Assembly: GCA_036509475.1 (NCBI GenBank)
Contig: DATCFN010000349.1
Span: forward strand, 1-49,122
Length of the DNA stretch: 49,122 nucleotides
Direction of reading: 5' to 3'
From: Rhizomicrobium sp.
Lineage (GTDB): Bacteria; Pseudomonadota; Alphaproteobacteria; Micropepsales; Micropepsaceae
Part shown: positions 8,993 to 18,430 of the stretch, piece by piece
Numbering within the stretch: position 1 is the stretch's first letter
How the letters are laid out: every line of letters begins with the position of its first letter
The notes under the pieces: generated by a model
Told to the model about the DNA's origin: nothing
Seen by the model: only the letters and a program-made list of their open reading frames with translations
Databases searched by the model: none
Translations under genes and position numbers: made by a program

Positions 8993-9730
8993 ATGCGCCA
9001 GGTGCAGGAATTGAAAGTCGAAGCCCGTCAAGGCGCCGGCAAAGGCCCGTCCTACCAGACGCGTCAAAAGGGCCTCGTTCCGGGCGTCCTCTACGGCGGC
9101 AAGAATGCCCCTGAGAACGTGGCGGTCGACCGCCATGCTCTGGAGCGCCACGTCGAGAGCGGCAACTTCCTCACCACCCTGTTCATGCTCGACGTCGCGG
9201 GCAAGAAACAGCGCGTGATCCCGCGCGCCGTGCAGGTCGACCCCGTGTCCGACCGTCCGGTCCATGTCGATTTCATGCGTCTCGAAGAAGGCGCGAAAGT
9301 GAAGCTGGATATTCCGGTTCGCTTCAAGAACCAGAGCGAATCCCCCGGCCTGAAAAAGGGCGGCGTGCTGAACATCATTCGCCACGAAATCGAAATGCTC
9401 TGCCCGGCCGACAACATCCCCGATTCCGTCGAGGTCGACCTGACCGGCCTGGACATCCATGGCACGGTTCACATCTCGAACATCAAACTGCCGGAAGGCG
9501 CCAAGCCGCTTATCCGTGAGCGCGATTTCACCATCGCCTCCATCGTGGCGCCGACCAGCGTCATCGAAGAACAGCGTGCAGCGGCGGCGGCAGCCACAGC
9601 CGCGGCCAATGCCCCGGTCGTGGAAGAAGGCGCGGCGCCCGCAGCCGGCGCGGCTCCTGCGGCTGGCGCAGCTCCGGCGGCCGGTGCTGCGGCACCTGCG
9701 GCCGGTGCGAAGGCCGCTCCGAAGAAGTAA
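8993..9730 (+). CDS. rplY: 50S ribosomal protein L25/Ctc
   Basis: VPGVLYGG, VQVDPVSDRPVHVDF, SPGLKKGGVLN, IPDSVEVDLTGL; Ala/Pro-rich tail; followed by pth-ychF. Confidence 0.96.
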   Translation: MRQVQELKVEARQGAGKGPSYQTRQKGLVPGVLYGGKNAPENVAVDRHALERHVESGNFLTTLFMLDVAGKKQRVIPRAVQVDPVSDRPVHVDFMRLEEGAKVKLDIPVRFKNQSESPGLKKGGVLNIIRHEIEMLCPADNIPDSVEVDLTGLDIHGTVHISNIKLPEGAKPLIRERDFTIASIVAPTSVIEEQRAAAAAATAAANAPVVEEGAAPAAGAAPAAGAAPAAGAAAPAAGAKAAPKK

Positions 9731-9751
9731 TTCTTCCGGGGCGGGCACGCC

Positions 9752-10402
9752 ATGTCCGATACGCCACTTCTCATCGCCGGACTGGGCAATCCCGGCGCGG
9801 AATATGCGCGCAACCGCCACAATGCGGGCTTCATGGCCGTGGACACGATCCACGCCTCCTACGATTTTGGCCCGTGGCGTTCGCGCTTTCAGGGATTCAT
9901 CAGCGAAGGCGCGCTCGGCAAGCGCAAGACCTATCTTCTGAAGCCACTCACCTACATGAATCTGAGCGGCGACAGCGTCGGCGCGGCGATGCGGTTCTTC
10001 AAGCTGCCGGTCAACGCCGTGGTCGTGATCCATGACGAACTGGACCTGCCGGCCGGAAAATTGAAAGCCAAAACCGGCGGCGGCGACGCAGGCAATAACG
10101 GTGCGCGCTCCATCACCGCCGCCATCGGCGCGGAGTATCGCCGCGTGCGCATCGGCGTCGGCCATCCCGGCGGAAGGGAACGCGTGACAGGACACGTTCT
10201 CGGCAATTTCACCAAGGCCGACGAAAAGGAATGGCTGGTGCCGATGCTGACGGCCATCGCGGAAGCCGCGCCCTTGCTTGCGAAAGACAATGACGTCGGC
10301 TTTATGAACAAGATCGCATTGACGTTAAATCCGCCGCGGCCGAACGCGCCCAAGCCGCCCAAACCGGTCGCGCCAAAAAAAGAAAAGAAAGAAGACGAGT
10401 AA
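9752..10402 (+). CDS. pth: Peptidyl-tRNA hydrolase
   Basis: GLGNPGAEYARNRHNAGF, KPLTYMNLSG, VIHDELDL, RVRIGVGHPG. Confidence 0.97.
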   Translation: MSDTPLLIAGLGNPGAEYARNRHNAGFMAVDTIHASYDFGPWRSRFQGFISEGALGKRKTYLLKPLTYMNLSGDSVGAAMRFFKLPVNAVVVIHDELDLPAGKLKAKTGGGDAGNNGARSITAAIGAEYRRVRIGVGHPGGRERVTGHVLGNFTKADEKEWLVPMLTAIAEAAPLLAKDNDVGFMNKIALTLNPPRPNAPKPPKPVAPKKEKKEDE

Positions 10403-11499
10403 TGGGATTCAAATGCGGCATCGTCGGATTGCCCAATGTCGGCAAATCCACGCTCTTCAATGCGCTGACGCAGACCGCGGCGGCGCAGGCGGCGAACTAT
10501 CCGTTCTGCACCATCGAGCCGAATGTCGGCGACGTGGCCGTGCCGGACGCGCGTATCGAAAAACTCGCCGCCATTGCTCAGTCCAAGGAAATCATCCCGA
10601 CGCGCATCACCTTTGTGGACATCGCAGGATTGGTGCGCGGCGCATCGAAGGGCGAAGGCCTCGGCAACCAGTTCCTTGCCAACATCCGCGAAGTCGACGC
10701 GGTCGTTCATGTGCTGCGCTGCTTCGAGGATGACGACATCACCCATGTCGAAGGCAAGATCGATCCGGTGAGCGACGCAGAAACTGTCGAAACCGAATTG
10801 ATGATCGCCGATCTGGAAAGTCTGGAGAAGCGCGTCATCCCGATCGAGAAGAAAGCCAAGAGCGGCGAAAAGGAATCCAAGGCACAATTCGACTTGATGA
10901 CGAAAGCGCTGGTGCTGCTGCGTGACGGCAAGCCCGCGCGCGTTGCCGCGCTGGAGCCCGAAGAACGCGAACCGTTCCGCCAGTTGGGTCTGTTGACGCA
11001 AAAGCCGGTCCTCTATGTCTGCAACGTCGATGAAGGCGCGGCGGCGACCGGCAACAAATTCTCCAAGGCCGTCGAAGAGATGGCGCGAAAACAGGGCGCG
11101 GGTGCGGTCACGATCTCCGCGCGCATTGAAGAAGAAGTGGCCCAGCTTCCGCCCGGCGAGCGCGAGGAGTTTCTCGGCAGTCTCGGCCTCGAAGAACCCG
11201 GCCTGAACAAGCTGATCCGCGAAGGCTACAAGCTGCTCGGCCTTCTCACCTTCTTCACGGTGGGCCCGAAAGAAGCTCGCGCATGGACGGTCACAAAAGG
11301 CTCACGCGCGCCGCAAGGCGCCGGCGTCATCCACACCGATTTCGAACACGGCTTCATCCGCGCCGAAACCATTGCCTATGACGACTACATCGCGAACAAG
11401 GGCGAAGCCGGCGCGCGCGATGCGGGCAAGTTCCGGCTGGAAGGCAAGGAATACGTCGTGCAGGATGGCGACGTGATGCACTTCCGGTTCAACGCATAA
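10402..11499 (+). CDS. ychF: Redox-regulated ATPase YchF
   Basis: [52 protein letters not shown] domain ending [18 protein letters not shown]. Confidence 0.98.
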   Translation: MGFKCGIVGLPNVGKSTLFNALTQTAAAQAANYPFCTIEPNVGDVAVPDARIEKLAAIAQSKEIIPTRITFVDIAGLVRGASKGEGLGNQFLANIREVDAVVHVLRCFEDDDITHVEGKIDPVSDAETVETELMIADLESLEKRVIPIEKKAKSGEKESKAQFDLMTKALVLLRDGKPARVAALEPEEREPFRQLGLLTQKPVLYVCNVDEGAAATGNKFSKAVEEMARKQGAGAVTISARIEEEVAQLPPGEREEFLGSLGLEEPGLNKLIREGYKLLGLLTFFTVGPKEARAWTVTKGSRAPQGAGVIHTDFEHGFIRAETIAYDDYIANKGEAGARDAGKFRLEGKEYVVQDGDVMHFRFNA

Positions 11500-11828
11500 T
11501 GCAACGCAAGAAGCCGGTCGCGACTCCGATCGCCATAGACGGCTACGACCTGATGTGGACGCTGATACGCGACACGCAATGGTGCTCGCTGGACGACCAC
11601 CAGGGCATCGCGATTTCGGTCTGCAAAGCCGGCCCCACGCGGCGCGAGATGATCATGAAATATCCGTATCTCGGCGTGCGCCCGATCGGGAACTGGCACT
11701 CACCGGAACGCCCGAAGGTGACGTTGAAAATCGTCGAAGACGCGATCCGCGCCGGCATCGCGGCCGGATGGGATCCGGACTCGCGCGGCAAGCCGTTTAC
11801 ATTTGAAGTGCCGGAAATTTCGGAATAG
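11499..11828 (+). CDS. Hypothetical protein
   Basis: 109 aa, TAATG overlap with ychF, globular-looking sequence ending AIRAGIAAGWDPDSRGKPF. Confidence 0.7.
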   Translation: MQRKKPVATPIAIDGYDLMWTLIRDTQWCSLDDHQGIAISVCKAGPTRREMIMKYPYLGVRPIGNWHSPERPKVTLKIVEDAIRAGIAAGWDPDSRGKPFTFEVPEISE

Positions 11829-11944
11829 CGAATTTCCGTGCGGCGGCGCCTTGAATGGTTCACGCGATATTTTGCGAAGCTTTGACGGTTGCACGATGCC
11901 GTCGCTACGCGCTCTAATGGCACCAGAATATCGGAGGAATACCC

Positions 11945-12625
11945 ATGACCTTGCGCGGAAAAATGACGAAAATGAAGATGAGCGACGGCGCCGAGATCGG
12001 CGTCTATCACGTCGAGCCGGAAGGCAAACGGCGCGGCGGCCTCGTCCTCATTCAGGAAATTTTCGGCCTCACCGAACACATCAAGGAAAGCTGCGACCTG
12101 TTCGCCAGCCATGGCTATGAAGTTCTCGGCCCCGCCGTGTACGACCGCGAAGCGCCGGGCATGCAGGCCAGCTACACGCCGGAAGACATCCAGAAAGCAA
12201 TAAAGATCGCGCGCGGCGATCATCCGTTCGACCTGTCCGTGAAGGATACGCAGACCTGCATCAACACGCTGAAAAGCAAAGGCCCGGTGTTCATCACTGG
12301 TTATTGCTATGGCGGTTCGGTGACATGGGCGGCGGCATGCCAGTGCGACGGGCTCGCCGCGGCATCAGGCTATTACGGCGGCAATATCGGCCAGATGATC
12401 GACCTGAAACCGAAATGCCCGACGATCCTGCATTTCGGTGAACACGATCACGGCATCCCGATGGAAACCGTGCGCAAAATCGAAGCCGCGCATCCCGACG
12501 TGAAAGTCTATGTCTACGATGCCGGCCACGGCTTCAACTCCGACCGCCGCGCCGACTTCAACGAAGAAGCACACAAGCTCGGGATGAAGCGGACGCTGGA
12601 ATTGTTTCAGGCAAACGGGGGGTAA
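11945..12625 (+). CDS. Dienelactone hydrolase family protein
   Basis: LIQEIFGL, GYCYGG nucleophile, HFGEHD, AGHGFN; GGAGG RBS. Confidence 0.93.
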   Translation: MTLRGKMTKMKMSDGAEIGVYHVEPEGKRRGGLVLIQEIFGLTEHIKESCDLFASHGYEVLGPAVYDREAPGMQASYTPEDIQKAIKIARGDHPFDLSVKDTQTCINTLKSKGPVFITGYCYGGSVTWAAACQCDGLAAASGYYGGNIGQMIDLKPKCPTILHFGEHDHGIPMETVRKIEAAHPDVKVYVYDAGHGFNSDRRADFNEEAHKLGMKRTLELFQANGG

Positions 12626-12627
12626 AT

Positions 12628-13146
12628 TTGGTGCGCCCGTTTCTGCCTCTGCCAACCGGTCTCATTGGCGATGTCGGATTGGCGAAGCCGCGCTATGATG
12701 AAGGACGGCCCTTCTACCCGTTTCTATCGTACGAACAGATTCTCATCGTTCTGGCGATTTTCGCTGTTGGAGCGGTCGTAGTTCTTGTCTTTGCATCGGA
12801 AGATGCACGTATGGGCATCATTATTGGTGGTGCATGCGGCATGGCGCCTTCTGTATTGATAACGGCACCCTATGAAATCGTTGTTCGAACATCGCGACCT
12901 TTGCCGTGGATAGACTTCACGCGGAACTATCTGGTTGCCAGCAGATACAAGCGCGCCGCCAACCAGCCCGAAGATGGAGAAATATGGGTTTCCGCGCTGT
13001 CAGCATGGCGAGTGTGGCGCGACGCCAAGCTCACAATCATCGCTACGAATGACGGCCTGCATGTGAAAGGGCCAAGAAGTTTAATTGGACCACTTGCCCG
13101 CAATTACAAACGTATCGCAGCGCAAGGGGCGCGATCATCTCAGTGA
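12628..13146 (+). CDS. Hypothetical membrane protein (two N-terminal TM segments)
   Basis: 172-aa ORF with two hydrophobic stretches; more A/T-ending codons than neighbours; start uncertain. Confidence 0.55.
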   Translation: MVRPFLPLPTGLIGDVGLAKPRYDEGRPFYPFLSYEQILIVLAIFAVGAVVVLVFASEDARMGIIIGGACGMAPSVLITAPYEIVVRTSRPLPWIDFTRNYLVASRYKRAANQPEDGEIWVSALSAWRVWRDAKLTIIATNDGLHVKGPRSLIGPLARNYKRIAAQGARSSQ

Positions 13147-15192
13147 CGCTTCGATATTCCCGCCGTCGACCGTGATGACGCCCGCCGTCGTTTTCTCGGC
13201 ATGAGCGAGATAGACGAAGGCTTCAGCGACCTCGGACGCATAGACTTCGCGGCCCAGAAGATTGCCGCCCATATAGTCTTTCTCGGAGAGCCCGCGCGCC
13301 TTGGCGCGCTGCGCCACCATGGTATCCGTCAGCAGGCCTGAGCGAATGCGGTCGGCGTTCACGGCGTTGGAGCGGATGCCCTCTTTGCCGTAGTCGAGCG
13401 CGTATTGCTTCATCAGGAACAACGTCGAGGCTTTCGGCAAACCGTAGGGCCCGAAATCCTTCCCGGGATTGACCGCCTGTTTCGACGTGTTGAACAACAG
13501 GCAGCCGCCGGTGCCTTGTGCCTTCATCACATGCACAGCGGCCTGCGCCACGGCCTGATGGGCGAAGAAGTTCAGCTCGAACGATTTGCGCAAGACCTCG
13601 CCATCGACCTCGCCGATCTTGCCCTGCCACGCCGCGCCCGCGTTGGAGACGACAATGTCCACGCCGCCGAACGCTTCCACCGCCTTGTCGAACGCGGCTT
13701 TCACGGCGGCCGGATCGGTGACGTCGCAGGCAATCGCCAGCGCGTTCTTATGAATGGCTTTTGCGGCCTTCACCGCCGCGTCATGCGAAAGATCGAGCAC
13801 CGCGACTTCCGCGCCTTCCGCCGCCATCTCTTTGGCCGTGGCCGCGCCGATACCGGAGCCGCCGCCGGTGACGACGCAGACCTGCCGCGCCAATACTTTC
13901 TCCGCGCCCTTACCGAGCTTGGCCTGCTCCAGCGACCAGTATTCGACTTCGAACATGTCGGCTTCGCTGATCGGCTGATACGACGTCACGCCTTCCGCGT
14001 TGGTCACGACTTCGACGGTGTTCTCCGCGATGTCGGCGGCGATGGCCGCGTCCTTCGCCGATGCGCCGAGACCGAACATGCCGACACCCGGCACCAGGAT
14101 CACGCGCGGCAGCGGATCGAGTTCTTTCTTCGTCGGATTCATGTTCGCGTTGTGGCGCGCGAAATAGGCGTGATAGTCGGCCACATATTTGGCGACCGCA
14201 GCTTCCACTTCGTGCTTCCATTCATGCAGCTTGCCGGCTTCCGGCGCGGGCACGACCAGCGGATAGTTTTTTGTGCGAATGGTGTGGTCAGGGGTCACGA
14301 CGCCGATCTGCGAATAGCGCGAAACCTCCGCGCCATTCACATAGTTCAGGATCGCGGGATTGGAGCGGAAGCAGAGGATTTGCCGCTTCACGGTTCCAGC
14401 CTGATCGTTGCGCGCGATCGCGACGGCGCCGCGCAGAATCGGCGCGATGTCGGCGAGACGCGCGATCTCTTTGGGCAGTACCGCCTGCTTCAGCGGCTTA
14501 GCGTTCTTCTTCAACCGCTCTTCCGCCATCGTCACGAACGCGATCATCTTCTCATAAGCGGTCTTGGCGTCTTCGGCGAAGGTGAAGATGCCGTGGCGCG
14601 GCAGGATGAGGCCTTCGACATCCGGGTTCTTGTCGAACACATCGGCGACAGCTTTCGCCAAGGTGAAACCCGGAATGAAATACGGCACATAGGCCATGCG
14701 CTTGCCGTAAAGCTCGCGCGCCAGTGCCTCGCCATCCGGCTGATCGGTCAAGGCCAGCACAGCGGTGGAATGGGTGTGGTCGATGAATTTGTGCGGCAGG
14801 AAGGCGTGCAGCAGCGTTTCCACCGACGGGTTCGGCGCGCTCGCATCCAGCAGGTTGATGCGCTGGAAGTTGACCATGTCTTCGTCGGACAATTTCGGCA
14901 GAGTGCGCAAGCGGCGCAGCTCGGTCAGCTTCACCGCCGGCAGGCCTTCAGGCTCGATATTGCCCATGTCCCAGCCGCTGCCCTTGATGTGCAGCACTTC
15001 GACATCGGCGCCGAGCTGATCTTTTGCCGTCGTCTTGACCGACGTGTTGCCGCCGCCATGCAGCACCAGCTTCGGATCACCGCCAAGCAGACGCGTGGTG
15101 TAAGTGCGCAGCGCGAGGTCTTCGTTGACGCCTTTCTCGGCGTAGCGCTTCACATAATCTTTGGCTTCGGCGTCAGACCAGCGGGATTGCAT
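13135..15192 (-). CDS. Bifunctional class II aldolase / short-chain dehydrogenase (RhaD/YuxG-like fusion)
   Basis: Aldolase half: LHGGGNTSVK, KGSGWDM, PSVETLLH, HTH, RHGIFTF, TPDH. SDR half: TGGGSGIG, SNAG, YGLPK. Confidence 0.92.
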   Translation of the reverse strand: MQSRWSDAEAKDYVKRYAEKGVNEDLALRTYTTRLLGGDPKLVLHGGGNTSVKTTAKDQLGADVEVLHIKGSGWDMGNIEPEGLPAVKLTELRRLRTLPKLSDEDMVNFQRINLLDASAPNPSVETLLHAFLPHKFIDHTHSTAVLALTDQPDGEALARELYGKRMAYVPYFIPGFTLAKAVADVFDKNPDVEGLILPRHGIFTFAEDAKTAYEKMIAFVTMAEERLKKNAKPLKQAVLPKEIARLADIAPILRGAVAIARNDQAGTVKRQILCFRSNPAILNYVNGAEVSRYSQIGVVTPDHTIRTKNYPLVVPAPEAGKLHEWKHEVEAAVAKYVADYHAYFARHNANMNPTKKELDPLPRVILVPGVGMFGLGASAKDAAIAADIAENTVEVVTNAEGVTSYQPISEADMFEVEYWSLEQAKLGKGAEKVLARQVCVVTGGGSGIGAATAKEMAAEGAEVAVLDLSHDAAVKAAKAIHKNALAIACDVTDPAAVKAAFDKAVEAFGGVDIVVSNAGAAWQGKIGEVDGEVLRKSFELNFFAHQAVAQAAVHVMKAQGTGGCLLFNTSKQAVNPGKDFGPYGLPKASTLFLMKQYALDYGKEGIRSNAVNADRIRSGLLTDTMVAQRAKARGLSEKDYMGGNLLGREVYASEVAEAFVYLAHAEKTTAGVITVDGGNIEASLR

Positions 15193-15351
15193 TTAACCGT
15201 CACACCTTTCGTAGAGTCCTCGTGTAATGCGGCGGATATGCCCCAATCGCAGTTCTCTCTGGATCAGCACTTGCGCACCAGAGACGTTATTTTTCACGCC
15301 TGCGTCTTTAAGGGCCTTCATAACCTTTGAACCTTCGAACTCGCCTTTCAT
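15193..15351 (-). CDS. Small putative winged-helix-like protein (52 aa; possibly the 3' part of a frameshifted gene)
   Basis: Not in the ORF track. MKGEFEGSKVMKALKDAGVKNNVSGAQVLIQRELRLGHIRRITRGLYERCDG; its TAA abuts the aldolase ATG; frame stays open 19 more codons to 15408. Confidence 0.45.
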   Translation of the reverse strand: MKGEFEGSKVMKALKDAGVKNNVSGAQVLIQRELRLGHIRRITRGLYERCDG

Positions 15352-15460
15352 CGCGCCAAGACCGGCGTCGATTTGAACCTGCGAAAGCTCTCCTTCGAAA
15401 ATTTTCTTTTAGGCGTCCATTCACGGATCGGGAGCAATCCGCACCGCCTAAACAGTGCCT

Positions 15461-16546
15461 TCAGGCGGCGGGGAAGAGGCTGCGTAGGCCCTGCTCCGTT
15501 GCCGCGCAAGTTCCTTTTTCGGTGATGAAACCGGTGACGAGGCGTGCGGGCGTCACGTCGAAGCCGGGGTTCAGGGCGGGCGAGCCGGGGGCGGCGATAT
15601 CCACCGTCACGACTGCTCCCGTCGGCGTCCGCCCCGTCATTTTCAACAGCTCTTCGGGCGAGCGTTCCTCGATCGGAATATCCGCGCCTTTGGCCATCTC
15701 CCAGTCGATGGTCGATGACGGCAATGCGACATGGAACGGCACATCGTTGTCTTTCGCCGCGAGCGCCTTGAGGTACGTTCCGATCTTGTTGGCGACGTCA
15801 CCGTTCGCGGTCACGCGGTCAGTGCCGACGATGCACAGATCGACCTTGCCCTGCGTCATCAACAACCCGCCGGCATTGTCGGCGATGATGGTGTGCGGCA
15901 CGCCGTGGCCGCCGAGTTCGAACGCGGTGAGCGATGCGCCCTGATTGCGCGGACGCGTTTCATCCACCCACACATGAATCGGAATGCCCGCGTCGTAAGC
16001 CATGTAGATCGGCGCCAAGGCCGTGCCCCAATCCACGCAGCCAAGCCAGCCGGCATTGCAATGGGTGAGCACGTTCAGCGTCTCGCCGGGCTTCTTCTTT
16101 GCGGCAGCGTCCTGCAGCACTTTCAAACCGTGCGCGCCGATGGAACGGCACACTTCGACGTCTTCGTCCGCGATCTTCGCGGCTTCCGCCCAGGCCAGCG
16201 AAGCGCGCCGGTCGCGCGGATGATTGCGGAGCGCGTCGCACATGCGCTTCAACGCCCAGCGCAGGTTGATCGCCGTCGGCCGCGTTTCGAGCAGCATGTC
16301 ATGCGCGCGGTCCAGCGCTTCGTCGGACGCATCCTCGCGCATGGCGAGCGCGATGCCGTAAGCGGCGGTTGCGCCGATCAGCGGCGCGCCGCGCACGATC
16401 ATCTGCTTGATGGCGCGCGCGGCGTCGGCGACGTTGCGCAGCATCATTGTGCGGAACTCATGCGGCAGCTTGGTCTGGTCGATCACCTCGACGGAGGTTT
16501 CGCCATGCGGCCAGATGGTGCGGTACGGCTTGCCGTTGATCTTCAT
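15461..16546 (-). CDS. mtnA: S-methyl-5-thioribose-1-phosphate isomerase
   Basis: [61 protein letters not shown]. Confidence 0.97.
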   Translation of the reverse strand: MKINGKPYRTIWPHGETSVEVIDQTKLPHEFRTMMLRNVADAARAIKQMIVRGAPLIGATAAYGIALAMREDASDEALDRAHDMLLETRPTAINLRWALKRMCDALRNHPRDRRASLAWAEAAKIADEDVEVCRSIGAHGLKVLQDAAAKKKPGETLNVLTHCNAGWLGCVDWGTALAPIYMAYDAGIPIHVWVDETRPRNQGASLTAFELGGHGVPHTIIADNAGGLLMTQGKVDLCIVGTDRVTANGDVANKIGTYLKALAAKDNDVPFHVALPSSTIDWEMAKGADIPIEERSPEELLKMTGRTPTGAVVTVDIAAPGSPALNPGFDVTPARLVTGFITEKGTCAATEQGLRSLFPAA

Positions 16547-16607
16547 GAATTATCTTCTAGCAATTTTGTCTCGCCGGAGGGAGTCGGGCGGTGACGAGGG
16601 ATTTTGG

Positions 16608-16746
16608 CACGCGGAGCCGCAGAGGCGCGGAGTTCATGTCTATTCTTCGATACCCTGCCGTTGAAATGGATCGGCGCGCCAAGCGCGCCAAATCAGCAGA
16701 TTCCGGAAATTGGCACTGATCCTCCGCGTCTCTGCGGCTCCGCGTG
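16608..16746. repeat. REP-like palindromic element, copy 1 (between mtnA and apt)
   Basis: 25-bp arms CACGCGGAGCCGCAGAGGCGCGGAG (16608-16632) and CTCCGCGTCTCTGCGGCTCCGCGTG (16722-16746), one mismatch; internal hairpin GGCGCGC-CAA-GCGCGCC. Confidence 0.8.
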
Positions 16747-16757
16747 AGACAACTTTT

Positions 16758-17285
16758 CTAATGCCCGCCGAAATTTACCAGCGTGACGACGTCCTTGCCC
16801 AGCGCGCGGATTTTGTCGGCGCCGCCGAGGTCCGGCAGATCGATCACAAACGCACAGCCGGCGATGTTCGCGCCGGCGCGTTCCAGCAGCCTGATCGCAG
16901 CGAAAGCAGTGCCGCCGGTGGCGATGAGATCGTCTACGATGATGACGTTCTCGCCCTTCTTCACCGCGTCGGCGTGAATCTCCACGCGATCCTTGCCGTA
17001 TTCCAGATCGTAGTCTTCGCCGATCACGGTGTGCGGCAGCTTGCCCTTCTTGCGCACCGGCACGAAGCCGACGCTGAGCTGATGCGCCACCGCGCCGCCG
17101 AGAATGAAGCCGCGCGCCTCGATGCCCGCGATCTTGTCGATCTTCATGCCCGCATAGGGCTGCACCAGCGCGTCCACGGCCGCACGAAACGCGCGCGCAT
17201 TGCCGAGCAGCGTGGTGATGTCACGGAACATGATGCCGGGCTTGGGATAGTCCGGGATCGTGCGAATGGCTTCGGCAAAGTTCAT
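16758..17285 (-). CDS. apt: Adenine phosphoribosyltransferase
   Basis: [53 protein letters not shown]; start trimmed to MNFAEA. Confidence 0.97.
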   Translation of the reverse strand: MNFAEAIRTIPDYPKPGIMFRDITTLLGNARAFRAAVDALVQPYAGMKIDKIAGIEARGFILGGAVAHQLSVGFVPVRKKGKLPHTVIGEDYDLEYGKDRVEIHADAVKKGENVIIVDDLIATGGTAFAAIRLLERAGANIAGCAFVIDLPDLGGADKIRALGKDVVTLVNFGGH

Positions 17286-17308
17286 GTCCAAATCCCTCAA
17301 AAAAGATC

Positions 17309-17421
17309 CACGCGGAGGCGCGGAGCTCATGGTCACAGTCGAGATCGCGAAAACTTCAGGAATGGCATCCGGTGCGCTTTGCGCGCCGATTTTCTTCTCC
17401 GCGTTTCCGCGACTCCGCGTG
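17309..17421. repeat. REP-like palindromic element, copy 2 (between apt and mtnP)
   Basis: Arms CACGCGGAGGCGCGGAG (17309-17325) and CTCCGCGTTTCCGCGACTCCGCGTG (17397-17421); internal hairpin GGTGCGC-TTT-GCGCGCC; same family as copy 1. Confidence 0.75.
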
Positions 17422-17428
17422 CAAAGCT

Positions 17429-18304
17429 TCATTTCTTAAACACCCTACCCGCCACCGCATCCAGTTTCGCGATCAGTGCCGGATCGCGTTTCTCCGGCGC
17501 GGTGATGAGGGCGGTGTCGAGAACAGTGTCCGTGCCATCCGGCGAGACCACGCGGTTGGGGCCGAGTTTCAGCGCAACCGTCATCACCATTTTACGCGCG
17601 TTCTCGGCATTGCCGTGCATGATCTTCACGACCTGATCGACGGTCACATGGCCGTGGCCTTCGTGCCAGCAATCGTAATCGGTCACCATCGCGACGATGG
17701 CGTAAGGCAGTTCCGCTTCGCGCGCGAGCTTGGCTTCCGGCATCGCCGTCATACCGATCACGCTGCAACCCCAAGAACGATAAAGATTGCTTTCCGCCAG
17801 CGACGAAAATTGCGGGCCTTCCATGCAGAGATAAGAACCGCCTTTGGAACACGGCACGCCGATTTCCTGCGCGCTTTCGTAAAGCAGCTTGGAGATACGC
17901 GAATCCACCGGATGTGCCATCGAGACATGCGCCACGAAACCGGGACCGAAAAAGCTCTTTTCGCGGGCAAAGGTGCGGTCGATGAACTGATCCGCCATCA
18001 CGAACATGCCGGGCGGCAATTCTTCTTTCAGCGAGCCGCAGGCGGAGACAGAGATCACGTCCGTCACACCAATGCGCTTCAGCGCGTCGATATTGGCGCG
18101 GTAGTTGATGGAGCTTGGCGTCTGCACATGGCCGCGGCCATGGCGCGGCAGGAAGACGAGATCCACACCCTTGAACGTGCCGGTCAGCAGCGCGTCGGAC
18201 GGTTCGCCCCAGGGCGATTTTACATGCTCCCAGCGCGCGTTCTCCAACCCCGGAATGTCATAGACACCGCTGCCGCCGATGATGCCGAGAACCGTCTTTG
18301 TCAT
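17429..18304 (-). CDS. mtnP: S-methyl-5'-thioadenosine phosphorylase
   Basis: [61 protein letters not shown]. Confidence 0.96.
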   Translation of the reverse strand: MTKTVLGIIGGSGVYDIPGLENARWEHVKSPWGEPSDALLTGTFKGVDLVFLPRHGRGHVQTPSSINYRANIDALKRIGVTDVISVSACGSLKEELPPGMFVMADQFIDRTFAREKSFFGPGFVAHVSMAHPVDSRISKLLYESAQEIGVPCSKGGSYLCMEGPQFSSLAESNLYRSWGCSVIGMTAMPEAKLAREAELPYAIVAMVTDYDCWHEGHGHVTVDQVVKIMHGNAENARKMVMTVALKLGPNRVVSPDGTDTVLDTALITAPEKRDPALIAKLDAVAGRVFKK

Positions 18305-18430
18305 AATCGCGCTTTTTCCGGGAGAGTTCCGCCTCTATTAAGCAAACGCGCCCGCACTGGCAACGCCGCGCCTTGCGCCGGGAATACCGTGGCCTAAACT
18401 GTCACGGAACATCGAAAAGGGGGGCCTTCG

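Noticed and set aside
9580-9727. GAAPAA tandem repeats at the end of rplY
   Set aside because: Low-complexity Ala/Pro tails are common on Ctc-type L25 proteins; this is not a CRISPR or mobile repeat.
10080-10110. Pth GNNG in place of the usual GHNG
   Set aside because: The catalytic His (RHN) and Asp (HDELD) are intact, so this is likely a tolerated variant.
13405-15330. Long antisense ORFs (also 1442-2773, 3612-4694, 31270-33180, 42447-43739 and others)
   Set aside because: Shadow frames of well-supported genes in high-GC DNA, with no recognisable motifs.
16608-17421. Repeats around apt as a CRISPR array or IS ends
   Set aside because: Only two self-complementary elements, with no spacer periodicity, cas genes or transposase.
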